Under the pieces are notes generated by a model. The model did no database searches and was not told the origin of the DNA. It saw nothing but the letters and a program-made list of their open reading frames with translations. From Lepidodermella squamata (lineage: Eukaryota; Animalia; Gastrotricha), in the NCBI GenBank assembly GCA_047495785.1, contig JBLDXI010000042.1, forward strand, positions 3,782,001 through 3,846,000: a stretch of DNA of 64,000 bases, written 5' to 3'. A program made the translations under genes and the position numbers. This document shows, one piece after another, positions 12,324-25,135 of the stretch (positions are counted from its first letter, which is position 1; each line of letters begins with the position of its first letter).

Positions 12324-14895
12324 TCAGTTATACGATGCGACGAATACGGCATAGACGTTCAAGCAAAGAAACGCGTCGGTTAAGATTAGGAAAGCCGACA
12401 AATCGAGTGCGCGGGCGTAGCTCATCTTCGAATTGAATACAGTTAACTTCACTTTAACGGCTATTAGATTCGGGTGACTAGCGGTAATTCCGAACATTAC
12501 GGCTTCATACAACGTCAACGCGCCAGTCAGTCCGCACAGTATCAGCATATATTCAGCGAGCAGCACAGAATCAGCAGTTTCGGGAACTTCTTGGAGAACA
12601 TTAGCCTGAGTGACTATAAGGCTAAGCAGAATGGTGGCTGTAAATACTGGCCGGTCTGGGACGTCAGCCTGAAATACTAGAGACGAGAAAACTAGAAACG
12701 TGAGAATAGCACAGGGCGCCAAATTGTTTATGATGATAGGGTTCGGATTTCGAGAGAAAGCCACAGTGAAGCGGGCGTAGCCTGACGTGGCATTTAACCT
12801 TAATGGTGACTTTGTAACGCCATATGTAGAAACAGATGAATCAAGGCTCCACAGTTCGTTGCTGAATGACTGGTCGAAGCTTATACGAGTTCCACCGAAA
12901 TTCAAGAATCTATCAGCTTCATCGAGCAGAAAGGTGAAATCACATTGTTGCGAGTCGAAAGGATATTTTCGCAGTTTTAGGATGCATTTGGACTTCATGA
13001 TGCCAAGCAGACTCCAGTGGAAAAATAGCGTGCGGTTGGGTGTAGTAGGGTAGTAAGCGATGTGCATAAGCTCTTTGTAGCCATTTTCCATGTAGACGTC
13101 GGTCGTAGTGTTTGCGAAGCGCATGCTTGGAACCCATACTTGTTTTCGGTCTATCGTGTAAACGCGATCTGCTTCGTTTACATGAGGGGCTGTAGCTGCT
13201 TCTTCACAGTTTCGTACAATCCATTGAACAGTGAGCTTGACACCGGCTACAATCTGACGAGATTTGACGTCGATATCCTCCAGTGTATACATTATCATGC
13301 TGATGAACATTTTCGAACCAGATGCTGGTGTTCTGGAAAGAAATATTGTTTTTTCTTATTTCTTTCATCAAATTGTCGGCGACTGATGTGAACAAACAGT
13401 CATTAGGAATCGTAGCGCAAGTCACAAATTGGAGCTCTTAGCTAGGTTGATAACAATAGATACATGCTGGAGAAAGTGATTTTAACATTCGAACATTCTG
13501 CTTCATAGAGTAGTTTTACAGAAAATTTTAGCCTTGATGTATTTTATATCGACTTCTCCGGATTGTTTGGCTTGAACTTGATTAATAGAAATAGAACTAT
13601 AAAGGAAGTAAACATGGCTAACCTGACGCTGGGATTGATGCTTGGGCAGGGTGTCAAATCGTTGATAGAAAGCAACGGAGTTTCATTACCGTCAATCAAA
13701 TAGGGTATACCGAAATCAGAGACTCCTGTGGTGAAGTCATAGGTTCTAAACTGGGTTGCGGTCGGGATTGTTGACAGGTCAGCTGATGAGGCGATTGACC
13801 GACTGGTAGAAGTAGGGATCAGTGCTTTGTTACTAGTCGTCTTTGAGGCAGTAATTGCCACTGATGTCAATACAGTTGAAGTCGATTTAATGGTACTAGT
13901 ACTGGTTGACGTAGTCGTCGTCAAAGTGCTTGTGGTTGGTGAGCAGTCGTAAACAGCTACATAGTAGAGGTCAAGCGTATTTGAGAAAGTTCCACTGCGT
14001 CCACCAATGCCGAAGGTTTTGGGGCCCGCGAATAGGTTGGATATTTTCACGGAGGACGAGAAGTTGGAAAAAGGCCCTATACAAGTCCCGTTCTGCAAAC
14101 ACATCGCCATCTATGATATCAGACGCAAACTATTAAGACGGTTCGAGGCCGATAGAAATATCTATTCCACCTACCGATATGTCAGATCCGTTGAGAACGC
14201 GTAACTGATGGATTACGTAGTTGTTTGCGAACCAGGGTGTCACCGGTAAGTAATTTCTGTAGAGCAATCTAGTCGCATTTCCGGGTGTCTGATATACGCT
14301 GGCGTCCAAAAAAGCCGCGTACGGGCTATAAGTAGCAGTGAACCCCAAATAAGTTGACACATTGATTGCGTACTTGTGTGCAAATGCTAGAAAAAAAACG
14401 AGATTTTACGCCATCAAGATGACACGGATAACGTCTACCGTTTATTTGTGGCTAATTTATCTTACCTGACGTTGGTGGCCTGGTAAGAGAAGCGTTATCG
14501 CCAATCACAATCTTGAAACCGTCGCTCGGATCGGAATTTAAGATTACTGTGTATGCCAAAATCTCGATGTAGAAATCTTCCAGAGTAAAAGGCTGCAAGC
14601 CAAAAAACCATGTAAAATGTCGAGGCGATTATGCCTATAATCCAACCTGTTTGTTCCAAAGCCCTGTTTCTCGCCATGTGCTACCTTCCGATGCGAGGCG
14701 AGTAGTGTTTGGTGGCTGTCCGGTTAAATTCAGTCCAGCCATTGGCAAATAGTCCCAATAAGCCGGGATGTCAGTATTATGATTTATCAGTGACCACTGT
14801 GGAACAAGAGTTCCGCAAGAAAGCTCTCCAATTTGGCAGCAAGTGTTACTAGCGTAAGTTACTAGCAAGAGGCTAGTAAGATGTGTTCGAAACAT
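12324..14895 (-). CDS. Lectin-stalk-Cys-loop pLGIC fusion, copy 2 (~694 aa; exons 14895-14647, 14592-14466, 14386-14175, 14110-13623, 13332-12324)
   Basis: Same intron positions and phases as copy 1; junction PSVR|TPASGSKMF; identical Cys-loop. Confidence 0.85.
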
Positions 14896-16698
14896 AATTT
14901 TTCTGAATTGATTGTCGCTTGCCTTGTATTTTATGATTTTTTGCCAGTCTTCCCGGTGCTAACTGCTTAGTTACTTGGTTAGCATCAGCATTTTCGGGCT
15001 GATCCGAACGGCGACAAATTTCTCTCATTTAAAATGCAATCAAGCAACTACGCATTTTTGAATATTAATTTCTCGGATGCTTTCCAGGTGATCAATATTG
15101 ATCAAAACAACTCACGGCTGTACTCAATCTTGACACGTAGTTTGGATACATGAAATCTTCACTAGCCTGAAACCTGAATTTTAGGCTACGTCAAAGTCAC
15201 GGGCTGTAAAATCGTATAAAAAATAGACAAAACACAACTGCCGCCTACCAGACCCATGATTAATTTATATATCTATTTGAGCCATTTCCATTTAAACTTT
15301 ATCGCAAGTGTATAATATGACCGGCGGCTTCAAACGCGTACAGAAGAGTTGTGGCCGCCCGCGCTAGCTAGGCAGCAGGAAATGAAGAGACTTGATGACT
15401 TATAGAGAAATGAAGCAAAGCTGTTCCAGTCAGGGAGGTTGATCCCAGAATCGATCACGTTGTAGCATCTTGGAACTGCTAATAACTGTTGAGTCTGGTA
15501 TCTAACAAGCTTGGTAACTCTTTAGACTCTTTAATGCGGAAACCGCAGAAATCCCGTCAGCTATCTTCACGCAGCAGGAAATAATTACCTGCATTTTTTA
15601 CCGTATCGAAGAATAAGAGTGAACCTTGACTGCATAATAAACCACTAAGATGAAACGAAAAGGTTCTTTAGAAACAGTGTAGATCCATTTTACAAAAGTT
15701 TAAAAACCCGATTTTCTGATGATTAGGCTGTAGAAGAGTCAGCAGTAGAGTTGATAATTGCCCTTCTATAAGTGCTCATCAAGTTTCATAATCTCCAGAA
15801 GCATGATTAAACCCTGGATGAATCATCAATTTTTTTATAATTAAGGTGCACAGTAAGTTGAAGTTGAATCCGTTGAATCCACGAGCGCGCTGAAATATGT
15901 GATGCGCTTTTTGAATGGCTGTTTATTGGTGCCGTTGGTTAAACGCGAAACCATGGGTAGTCACTTCACACGCTGTTGTGTCAAATGAGAAACGCTGAAT
16001 TAATATAACCATCGTTTTTTAGAATATTTTCTTGCGGTAAGACTTGATTTTATTCAAGATTTTTCAATCAATATTTTAATAGCAGAAATCGTTCATTCAA
16101 TCATGTGGAATCTGCATTTTGATGTTTTTACTATAATGATTGTTATCCACATTTTCCGGTGTCTGGCTTCAATATTAAACTAACAATAAAGAATCCAATT
16201 GAATTTCAGGGAAAGTTTGCGGTGTGGGGCGACCTGTCTCAGTATCGAAGGCTTAGCGCTACCTCGGTAGCCATTGTCAGTCGTAGTAAGCTTCTCGCTC
16301 GTGGCAGCACCATGGGCACGACATGATTCCTCCTGGAAGTCACATCAAGCGGTGAAATGGTCAAGCGGACCACCACCATCGCGGCTATATCAGCAAAATA
16401 CCTGCTGGGGCGTAAATCACATGCCAGGAACTCCCCGAGAAGTCAGGCAAAAGCAATGCAATTAAAAATGGATAACGGGCTATTAGCTCGAATGCTCGAT
16501 GAGCGTTGAACAGGCGTGCACTCATTTCCTCAACGAAATCGAAGGTGGAAGATCATTTAACACAAAATTTGGTCAAGTAGGAGCCCGTTTTCCCGTGTCC
16601 ATTGCGTTGATTTTGCCGTTCTACTTATAGAGTTTTTTTGACTTCGCGCAACCAATTACATTTTCGAAAGAAATCTGTCAAACATGAGGAATTAGTAA

Positions 16699-16770
16699 TA
16701 ATGTTGGGGTCCGAGCCCGATTTCGGCCCGTACGCGTTCGGGCCGAAATCGGACTCGGGCCGCAACATTA
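16699..16770. repeat. 72-bp near-perfect GC-rich palindrome
   Basis: taatgttggggtccgagcccgatttcggcccgtacg versus the reverse complement of cgttcgggccgaaatcggactcgggccgcaacatta: 32/36 match, no spacer. Confidence 0.85.
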
Positions 16771-18026
16771 ACTGGTAACTATACTCGTGCTTAAAATTGA
16801 GCTGCCCTCTTGTTCTTCGGTTTGCATATGCGCAATGCCAGATAAAAAATTGTTCATAGAAAAACATACAGTTTTAAATTGTAAAAAAAATAACAACAGC
16901 AAAAAATTGTTTTATTTGTTCTTAGAATTTTATAACATATTAAATAAAAACTTACAAAAACACATTGATCAATGATAAATATATGAAACATATCTTGCTA
17001 TTGTAAAAATAAATAAATAAATAAATAGCCTAATCATAATTATATCCGAGATGAGAGTTTCTCATCGCATCACATTTTATGCCAGATATTATGTTGTTTC
17101 AGAAAAAAGAATGGAGAACATTCCGAGGCTGTCCGGAGCGAAAAAGAAACGAAAGTTGTTTCACGGTTCGTCATAAGGTGCCCAAACACAATGCAATCCT
17201 GATAGTGTCTCATTTCCCCATTGCGCTAATTGTCATCCCATTGCGCAGGGTCCCACATACAGGCCGGCAAGCAAGAAAAAATCGAGTGAAAAGAACTTGA
17301 CAATGGACAATGGACAAAGGAATTTTCGATGATTTTGGTTAGCGCAAAAATTGAAAAAGCATGTCGAAAAGTAAGATATAACAATGGAGCCAGCGCAAAT
17401 TCGGGACTGAAGCCTTGCGACGACCCGTCCTCTTTAGCTATGTATCAAAACTTCGTAAAAGTCTAGAAAATCTGCAAAATATTCAAAGAATCTCACACCT
17501 AAACAAAAACAAAAAACAACGATTTTGCACAAAGCTCCCGAAAAAACGGTATAGGTTTCTATAGCAAAATTTGGTACATAAAAATCGGCTGTTTCTCACT
17601 TCAAACGCCCCTGGAAGTGAAATGCCACTATGCGTGCAAAATTATCCGATACTTAATGTCCAGAGTTGGCCAAAAGAGAGTAAAAAAATCCGACAAAATG
17701 CTCAAAAATCAAATAAAAAATAGAAGAAATTTTCGAACAAACTAGGAATTGTCCTGCCCAACTCTGAGAGCAATATGAGTAAAATTTACATAGAATTGAA
17801 CAGATGTACCTACCGTTATAATCAATTTTTGCATGTAAATTTGTAGCCATGTAGTCTGATGGTAGCGTTAATATGTCAGGCTCTAGGTTCACGGATGATC
17901 TGAATAGGAATGGAATTCATTAGTAGGGTTTGGCAATAGTAAAGAAACTTCAAATCAATTAGTGCTTTCCCATCGAAAATTTGCCACGAGCGCTGTCTCG
18001 GAAGGCTCTACTTCGAGCAGTTAGTT

Positions 18027-20464
18027 CTACGAAGCTACATATACGGCATAAACATTCAGACAAAGAAACGCGTCGACTAAGATGAGAAAAGCCGATAAAT
18101 CAAATGCGCGGGCGAAGCTTATGCTACATTTCAAAACAACCAACTTTCCGTTATCATCCATTAGACGCGGGTAACTGGCGGTTATGCCAAACATTAACGC
18201 TTCATAGACCGTCAATGCGCCAGTCAGTCCGCACAGAATCAAGATGTACTCAGCCAATAGTACTGATTCAGAAGTTTCAGGAAGTCCCTGGAGAACATTA
18301 GCCTGCGAGACTATCAGGCTTAGAAGAATTGTCGCCGTAAATACTGGTCGGTCTGGGACATCAGGCTGAAAGATGAGAGACGAGAAAACCAAGACCGTAA
18401 GAATTGCACTGGGCGCCAAGTTGTTTACAACGAGGGGTTTGGGGTCCCGCGAGAAAGCCACCGTGAAACGGGCGAAGCCTGATGTGGCATTTAGCCTTAA
18501 TGGTGACCATGTAATACCATAGGTGGATTTGGCTGAATCAAGCGTCCAAAGTTCGTTGCTGAACGACTCAGCGAAGCTCATCCGAGTTCCGCCGAAATTC
18601 AAGAATCTATCAGCTTCATCGAGCAAGAACGTAAAATCACATTGTTGAGAGTCGAAAGGATATTTTCGCAGTTTGAGAACGCATTTCGATTTGATGACAC
18701 CGAGCAGACTCCAGTGAAAAAATAGTGTGCGATTTGGCGTGGTAGGGTAGTAAGCGATGTGCATAAGCTCTTTGAAGCCATCTTCCATGTAGACATCGGT
18801 TGTAGTGTTTGCGAAGCGCATACTTGGGACCCATACTTGTTTTCGGTCTACCGTGTAAACGCGATCGGCTTCGTTTACATCGGGTGCTGTAACTGCTTCT
18901 ACACAGTTCCGAACAATCCATTGAACAGTGAGCTTGACACCGGCTACAATCTGGCGAGATTTTACCTCAATATCCTCGAGTGTATACATTATCATGCTGA
19001 TGTATATTTTCGAGCCGGACTGTGGCGTCCTAAAAGGGAGTATGTAATGTCATCGATTGTTGTAACCTTTAATCATTCATTTTACTCAGTGTTTTCCTGG
19101 GTGGTATAAATAGGTTTCACTAAAGTTGGGATACACATCCCGATAAGAAATTGCTCCAAAAATAGTAATTACATAATGACTTACCTGACGTTAGGATTGA
19201 TATGAGGGCAAGGTGTTAAATCGTTGATCGAAAGCAACGGCGTTTCGTTGCCGTCAATCAAATAGGGTATGCCGAAATCCGGAGCATCCGTGGTGAAGTT
19301 GTAGGTCCTAAACTCTCCCATCGTCGCGCTTGTCGATGGGATATCGGTTGTGGCGGTTGACTGAGTTGTAGTGGGAGCTTTCGTACTGGTCGCAGAAGAC
19401 ATGGCTGAGACTGTCGTGGACGTCGATGTGGCGCTTGAACTGCTTTTTGCAGTCGTTGTGAGAGTGGTCAAATCAGTTGAAGTCGATTTAGTGGTACTAG
19501 TACTGGTTGATGTAGTCGTCGTCGAAGTGCTTGTGGTTGGTGCGCAGTCGTAAACAGCTACATAGTAGAGGTCCAGTGTATCTGAGTAAGTTCCACTGCG
19601 TCCACCTATTCCGAAGGCTTTTGGTCCCGCGAATAGGTTAGATATTTTCACGGGGGACGAGAAATTGAAAAAAGGCCCTATACATGTTCCGTTCTGCAAA
19701 CACATCGCCATCTGTGATAAGATGCAAACTAAGACGGTGAACACAGCCAAAAGAAAACTTAATTGACCCACCGAAACGTCCGATCCGTTAAGAACCCGTA
19801 ATTGATGGATGATGAAGTTGTTCGCGAACCAAGGTGTCAAGGGTATGTTTCTTTGGAAGATCAGTTTTGTCGCATTTCCGGGAGTGGTAAAGACGAGAGC
19901 GTCCACATAATTCCCGAATGGGCTATATGTAGCAGCAAAGCCCATATAAGTTGAAATATTGGTCGCATACTTGTGAAGAGTGGCTGGAAAAAATCTTGCC
20001 CTGAAGTACTGTCAATCTGGGAACCAGTTGTCATACCTGACGTTGGTGGCCTGTTTAGAGAAGCGTTATCGCCAATCACAATCCTGAAACCATCGCTCGC
20101 ATCCGAATCTGCGGCTCCTGTGTAAGCCAGAACCTCGATGTAGAAATCATCCAAAGTAAAGGGCTGTAAAACAGAATGTGAAGCTTCTGAAACTATCAGC
20201 AAGTAACCCAACCTGTTTATTCCAAAGCGCTGTTTCTCGCCATGTACTACCTTCCGATGCGAGGCGAGTAGTGTTTGGTGGCTGTCCGGTTAAATTCAGT
20301 CCAGCCATTGGCAAATAGTCCCAGTAAGCCGGGATGTCAGTATTATGATTTATCAGTGACCACTGTGGAACAAGAGTTCCACAAGAAAGCTCTCCCACTT
20401 GACAGCAAGTCTTACATACAAATGTTACGAGCAGAAGGCTAGAGGTAAGACTAGTTCGAAGCAT
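18027..20464 (-). CDS. Lectin-stalk-Cys-loop pLGIC fusion, copy 3 (~706 aa; exons 20464-20213, 20163-20037, 19983-19772, 19711-19185, 19029-18027)
   Basis: Same exon structure; junction PNVR|TPQSGSKIY across a 155-nt GTAAGT...TTTTAG intron; Cys-loop CVLKLRKYPFDSQQC; longer Thr/Ser stalk. Confidence 0.87.
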
Positions 20465-21438
20465 AACTATTTAATTCGATTGTTTTTTGAATATTTGAAT
20501 TTCTTCCCAGTGCTTTTTAGCAGCTTTTTCAAATCATCAAAATTGCGTCAATTTCCCTCATTTAAAATTCAATCAAGCAACAACTACGCATTTTCGAATC
20601 GAGTTTCTCTGATGCGCTTTCCAGGCGTTCAATAATGAGCAAAGCATCTCATGGCAGCACTCGTAGTTCAAATTGTCAAACTCCCTGGCTTGAAATTAGG
20701 GATGAGTCAAACTCACATCGACAGTAACGAGCGATAAAATGGCGTAAAAATGCTCTCAACTACACCGCCCACCTAAGCAGACAAGTTGATTCCTTTATAT
20801 TATATTTATGAGCCATTTAATTTTAGGTATATGTCGGTAATGAAAACAACTACTTTCAACCCATGCAAAAGGGTTTTGCCGCCCATGCTATCCAGGCAGC
20901 AGAAATGAAGTAAAACTTGCCTAGCCAGGGTCCAGCGTCTACTATCCAGTTGTCTATCATCCACGCCTTGGTTCGTCATCGCATTGAAAATTGAAACCCA
21001 TTACGAACGGTAGGATGATGGTAGGATAGGCAATCGGTAGGATGACTATGCTTGTGAAATGAGGAAATCAGATAGAGTAAAAATGAAGACACATTCAGGC
21101 CGATAGGCGATAGGCATATCACACATTCCGATTCTTTCCTGCAAAGAAATGGTCAACGTCACCCAATTTTTTCAAGTTGTTTTGAGTTCCTCCTGCTTAG
21201 TGGACGGAAAAAGTGTTAATACGTAAAGTTGAAAAGGATAAAGGTACTCTTATGCCGGACAAGTTTTACGATCGAAGTCGAAGCCGTCGTGAGAAATATT
21301 CTTTGGGCAATTGAAGTATCCTTGTTATCTGTTGGTCTGGCGTCTAATTCAACCCATTTATGGAACTAATCAGTGTTAAAATAATAGAAGCAAATCTTTC
21401 AATTCGAACAGTTCTTCAAACTGAAATGGCGTCGTAAC

Positions 21439-22281
21439 CAGGGTTGGGGCTGTTTAAACAATCTGTTTATACAGTATGTTTAAACATACAGGTCCGAAAA
21501 ATCTGAAAAAACAGGGTTTATACAGATCGAACAGTGTTTTAACTACGATCTAACTTAAATGGTATATCGGAGCATAAAAATATAGATCAGGTTTCCCTAA
21601 CATTTGCTTATGATGTAGCTGATGGTAGATATAAGCTCTGAGCTCTGAAGAAACAATCGAAAATGACTGAGTAAATGTCAATCAGTCAGCTGATCGATCA
21701 CCAATAACCGATAATCGATAACCGATAATCGGTGTCAAATGCTATAAAGCTGATGTCACCAGCTTGCTCAGCGGCAAAAGTTACCCTAGAATCCAAAGTT
21801 TCAAGCCTCTATCTATCATAATAACGAAGATATCGTGAAATCAGTTCATGCTTCCGGTAGGGTATAATTGGGCGGTTTCGTGCCTTTAAAGTTGAAATGT
21901 TCAAAAAAATCGGCAAAACCGCTTCCTTTGACCTTGGAAACCCCCTTAGAAACCCCGGAGGGGTAACTTTTCACGGCGGATCCGAATCCGTTTTCAGAAT
22001 TTCAGTAGCTGTCATACTTCCGGAAATAATTGAATTTTTTGAATTATTTTATTACTTTATTGCACCTTCATCATTTTGTCTTTCTGAATGAGAAAATAGT
22101 CCAGTAATACATCAAACTATGCAGTTTTTCACGCAGAATCACGTGGCGCAACTTAAAATTCAACTAGAGATACGGTTGACGAGATGTAGCTCGGAGCAAA
22201 ATACCCATTTTTACAATATCTGTATATATACCTGTTTAAACAGATCGGAAATTTGAAATATCTGTATAAACCCCAACCCTG
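21439..22281. mobile_element. Non-autonomous hAT-type element (843 bp)
   Basis: TIR CAGGGTTGGGG/CCCCAACCCTG; perfect 8-bp TSD GTCGTAAC at 21431-21438 and 22282-22289; subterminal tgtttaaaca/tatacag repeats. Confidence 0.88.
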
Positions 22282-22821
22282 GTCGTAACTGCTCCATCGA
22301 GACCCATCGAGGATGTGCTGCTCCTTGCTGGTTATCTAACTTATGAATGGCACCACTTGAGTTGAGACATTCTCATGTTCCATGGTTCGCTTATACCAGG
22401 TAAAAAAATGTTTACCGAGCAAATAGATGAACAAGCCGTTTGAATTAGTAACTGGAAATCCTATTGATAAGAAAAACCCGACTCTCTGAATTTTCCTTAT
22501 ATTTATCCTCCTCTATGTAAGAATACATCCTCCAAGTAATTGGTATCGACTTCTTTCCATTAGCTACTCCTGTCATAAGACATGTTAACACCCTCGTTCA
22601 ACATGTGATTTTTTGCCCCTATACTGCCAGTAAGAGATTGCTAACCTACCGTTTCGCTTCAAGAGGCACGAGCAATGTTTTAGCATGGCTTCATTGAAAA
22701 GCAATTATTTTAATCTTAGAAAAAACATGAGCGTGCGTTGTAGTACATAATCATAATAGCTGCAATTACGTTTTGAGAACACCCTTGTCGAGGTTAGCCA
22801 ATTTAGCCTGGAATAAAGTTG

Positions 22822-24993
22822 ATGGCGGCCAATGTGGCTGAAAATGGTAAATCCGATGTGCAGATTGATCAAAACGAACCGGCTTTATCTGTTGGAAACA
22901 AACGAATCAGGCTGTTCAACCTCGCGATGAGTGCTTTAGTTTTTTTCCTAATTTTCGCGGCTTTTGCTACTGCTGGCATGATTTCAGTAGGTCAAAACTG
23001 CTTGCTTACTTGAAATTTTGGAATTTCGGTAAATTTCAGAAAAATGTTATGAACTCAATAGCGGAGGAGACCAATGGCGAGTACAACGCTGATTCATTTG
23101 TGGGATCTGCGATCATTGCGTTGGTGAATGCAGCCTCAAGTTGGTTCATCCCTGCTATTGTTGCCTTAATTGGTCTACGGGCTGCGATGTTTATCGGAGC
23201 TTTAACCCATGGGTAAGGATGTACATTCAGGAGTAGGAATAGAAAAACATACCTTCCTATTAGTGAGGCCTTAGTAATGGTGATTGGATATGGACTAGGA
23301 ACGATTGAACCTTAGAAAGAAATAGGTATCTCGAGAAGGAACCTTTCTTAGGAATAGGAATGAGAGCCTATTCGTAAATTGGGATATAAATGGCAAACCG
23401 ACTATAGGAAACCGTAGGAATGGGAACTTCAATTGGACCTTGGATAGGAATTTCAGGATAGGATAGGATAGGATGGATGGTAACCTGAATCTTGGATGCT
23501 AAGCTAATAGGAACTTGAATACTTTGACTGGGGACATGCCTGGTCAATGGTCAGGATAAACGGGGATAGGGAATGAATTCTATCAGAGATAGAACTTATA
23601 TTTGCTATTTTTGCAGAATTTATGTTGCTCAATTCCTATACCCCACGGTATGGGCCTTTTACGCCTCTTCCGTCCTAATGGGACTAGGCTCCTCGTTGCT
23701 ATGGACTGCGCAAGGCAGTTTCCTCACCGCCAATTCCAGTCCAGAAAGAATCGGTCGCAATTTCGCGCTGTTCTTCGGAATTCTCAACTGCGCAACCCTC
23801 CTTGGCAATTTGCTCGAATTTTTTGTACTCGAAGGCTACGACAAATTCGATGCAAGAATCCGGCTGATCCTTTACGGAACTTTCACGGTCTCTGTTATGC
23901 TAGCTACCCTTCTCGTTATTTCACTGAGGCGATCACCAGCAGCTAGTGTATCAACAGCGAAATCTGAAAAATTGTCGACAGTGGGCAAAATGAGACAAGC
24001 TTTCCTAAGAGCTGTCAAACTTTGGGGCAGTCGAAGGGCACTGTACCTGAGCATAACAGCCCTATACGCTGGGATGAACATGTCATTTTTCAGCGGCATC
24101 TACCCGGCTTGCGTTGGGCAAAACACGAATTTTCAAGATTCGAAATCGCTAATTGGCTTAGTAGGCATCGCAATAGCATGCGGTGAGATCATAAGTGAGT
24201 ACCACATGCTTTTCATGACAAAAATAAAATTGAAAAAATAAGTAAAAAATAATATAAGTACCTGAATTGAATTGATTAAAATTTAAAAATTTCGGGTTTA
24301 TGATCAATTTGAATTTTTTAAAATTTGAATCGATTATTAAAAATTTTCAAAAATATATTGAAATTGAGTGAAATGGTTTGAAATTTAAAAAACATAATTT
24401 AAAAAAATTGAAATTTATTTTCTAATTTTTCCACAGCGGGCCTCTCAATCAGTGTGCTTGGCAATGTCGTAAATCGTTACGGCCGGGATCCTGTTCTCGT
24501 CGCTGCTTACGTTGTTCAAATCGTCGCTTATTACCTCGCCTTCCTTAATTTACCGGACGATTGCACGTCAGATGACACTCGTGGCCCAGTTTACATGTCA
24601 TCCCGAACTGTCGCTATCCTCATTGGATTCCTACTCGGTGTTGGCGATTCTAGCCTAACAACGCAAATGTACGCCCTGATAGGGTTCCTATACCCGGATG
24701 AAGAAACATCACCAGCAGCTTTTGCCCTGTTCGGATGCACTTTCAGTATAGGATCCGCCCTAGCTTTCATCTACGCCAACATTTCGCTCAAGTTCGTTTC
24801 ATGTTAAATTTACGAATTTTTAATTAATTTTGTTGAAACTTTCAGGTGGCAATTGTTGATGTTGGTGTTAGCCTCAACTGCTGGACTAGCCTGTTTTCTA
24901 TTGGTTGAACTGCCTCTGTCAAAGCCCAAGAAATTATATGCGAAAAACTCTGAAGGGACTAATATGAGCTTGTTATCTCAAACAGAAAAATGA
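22822..24993 (+). CDS. MFSD11: UNC-93-like MFS membrane protein (MFSD11-like), multi-exon
   Basis: Motifs FFLIFAAFATAG, LWTAQGSFLTANS, RYGRDPVL, LLGVGDSSLTTQMY, PAAFALF, KWQLLML; spliced exons run in frame to TGA at 24991-24993. Orthology is not established. Confidence 0.8.
23215..23590 (+). repeat. Degenerate GGATA/GGAAT-rich low-complexity intronic tract
   Basis: ggataggataggatagg and many ggaat/taggaa units inside intron 2 of the MFS gene. Confidence 0.55.
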
Positions 24994-25135
24994 TTAATAA
25001 TATATTTTCAATAAATTTCAAATTAAATTCGATGAGATCGAAACTTTATTTCTCCACATGACTGAATGGCACGAACAAAAATCACGAATACCATCTCAAC
25101 AAGAAAAGTTAAATATATATTTTTTTGCTTCATTA

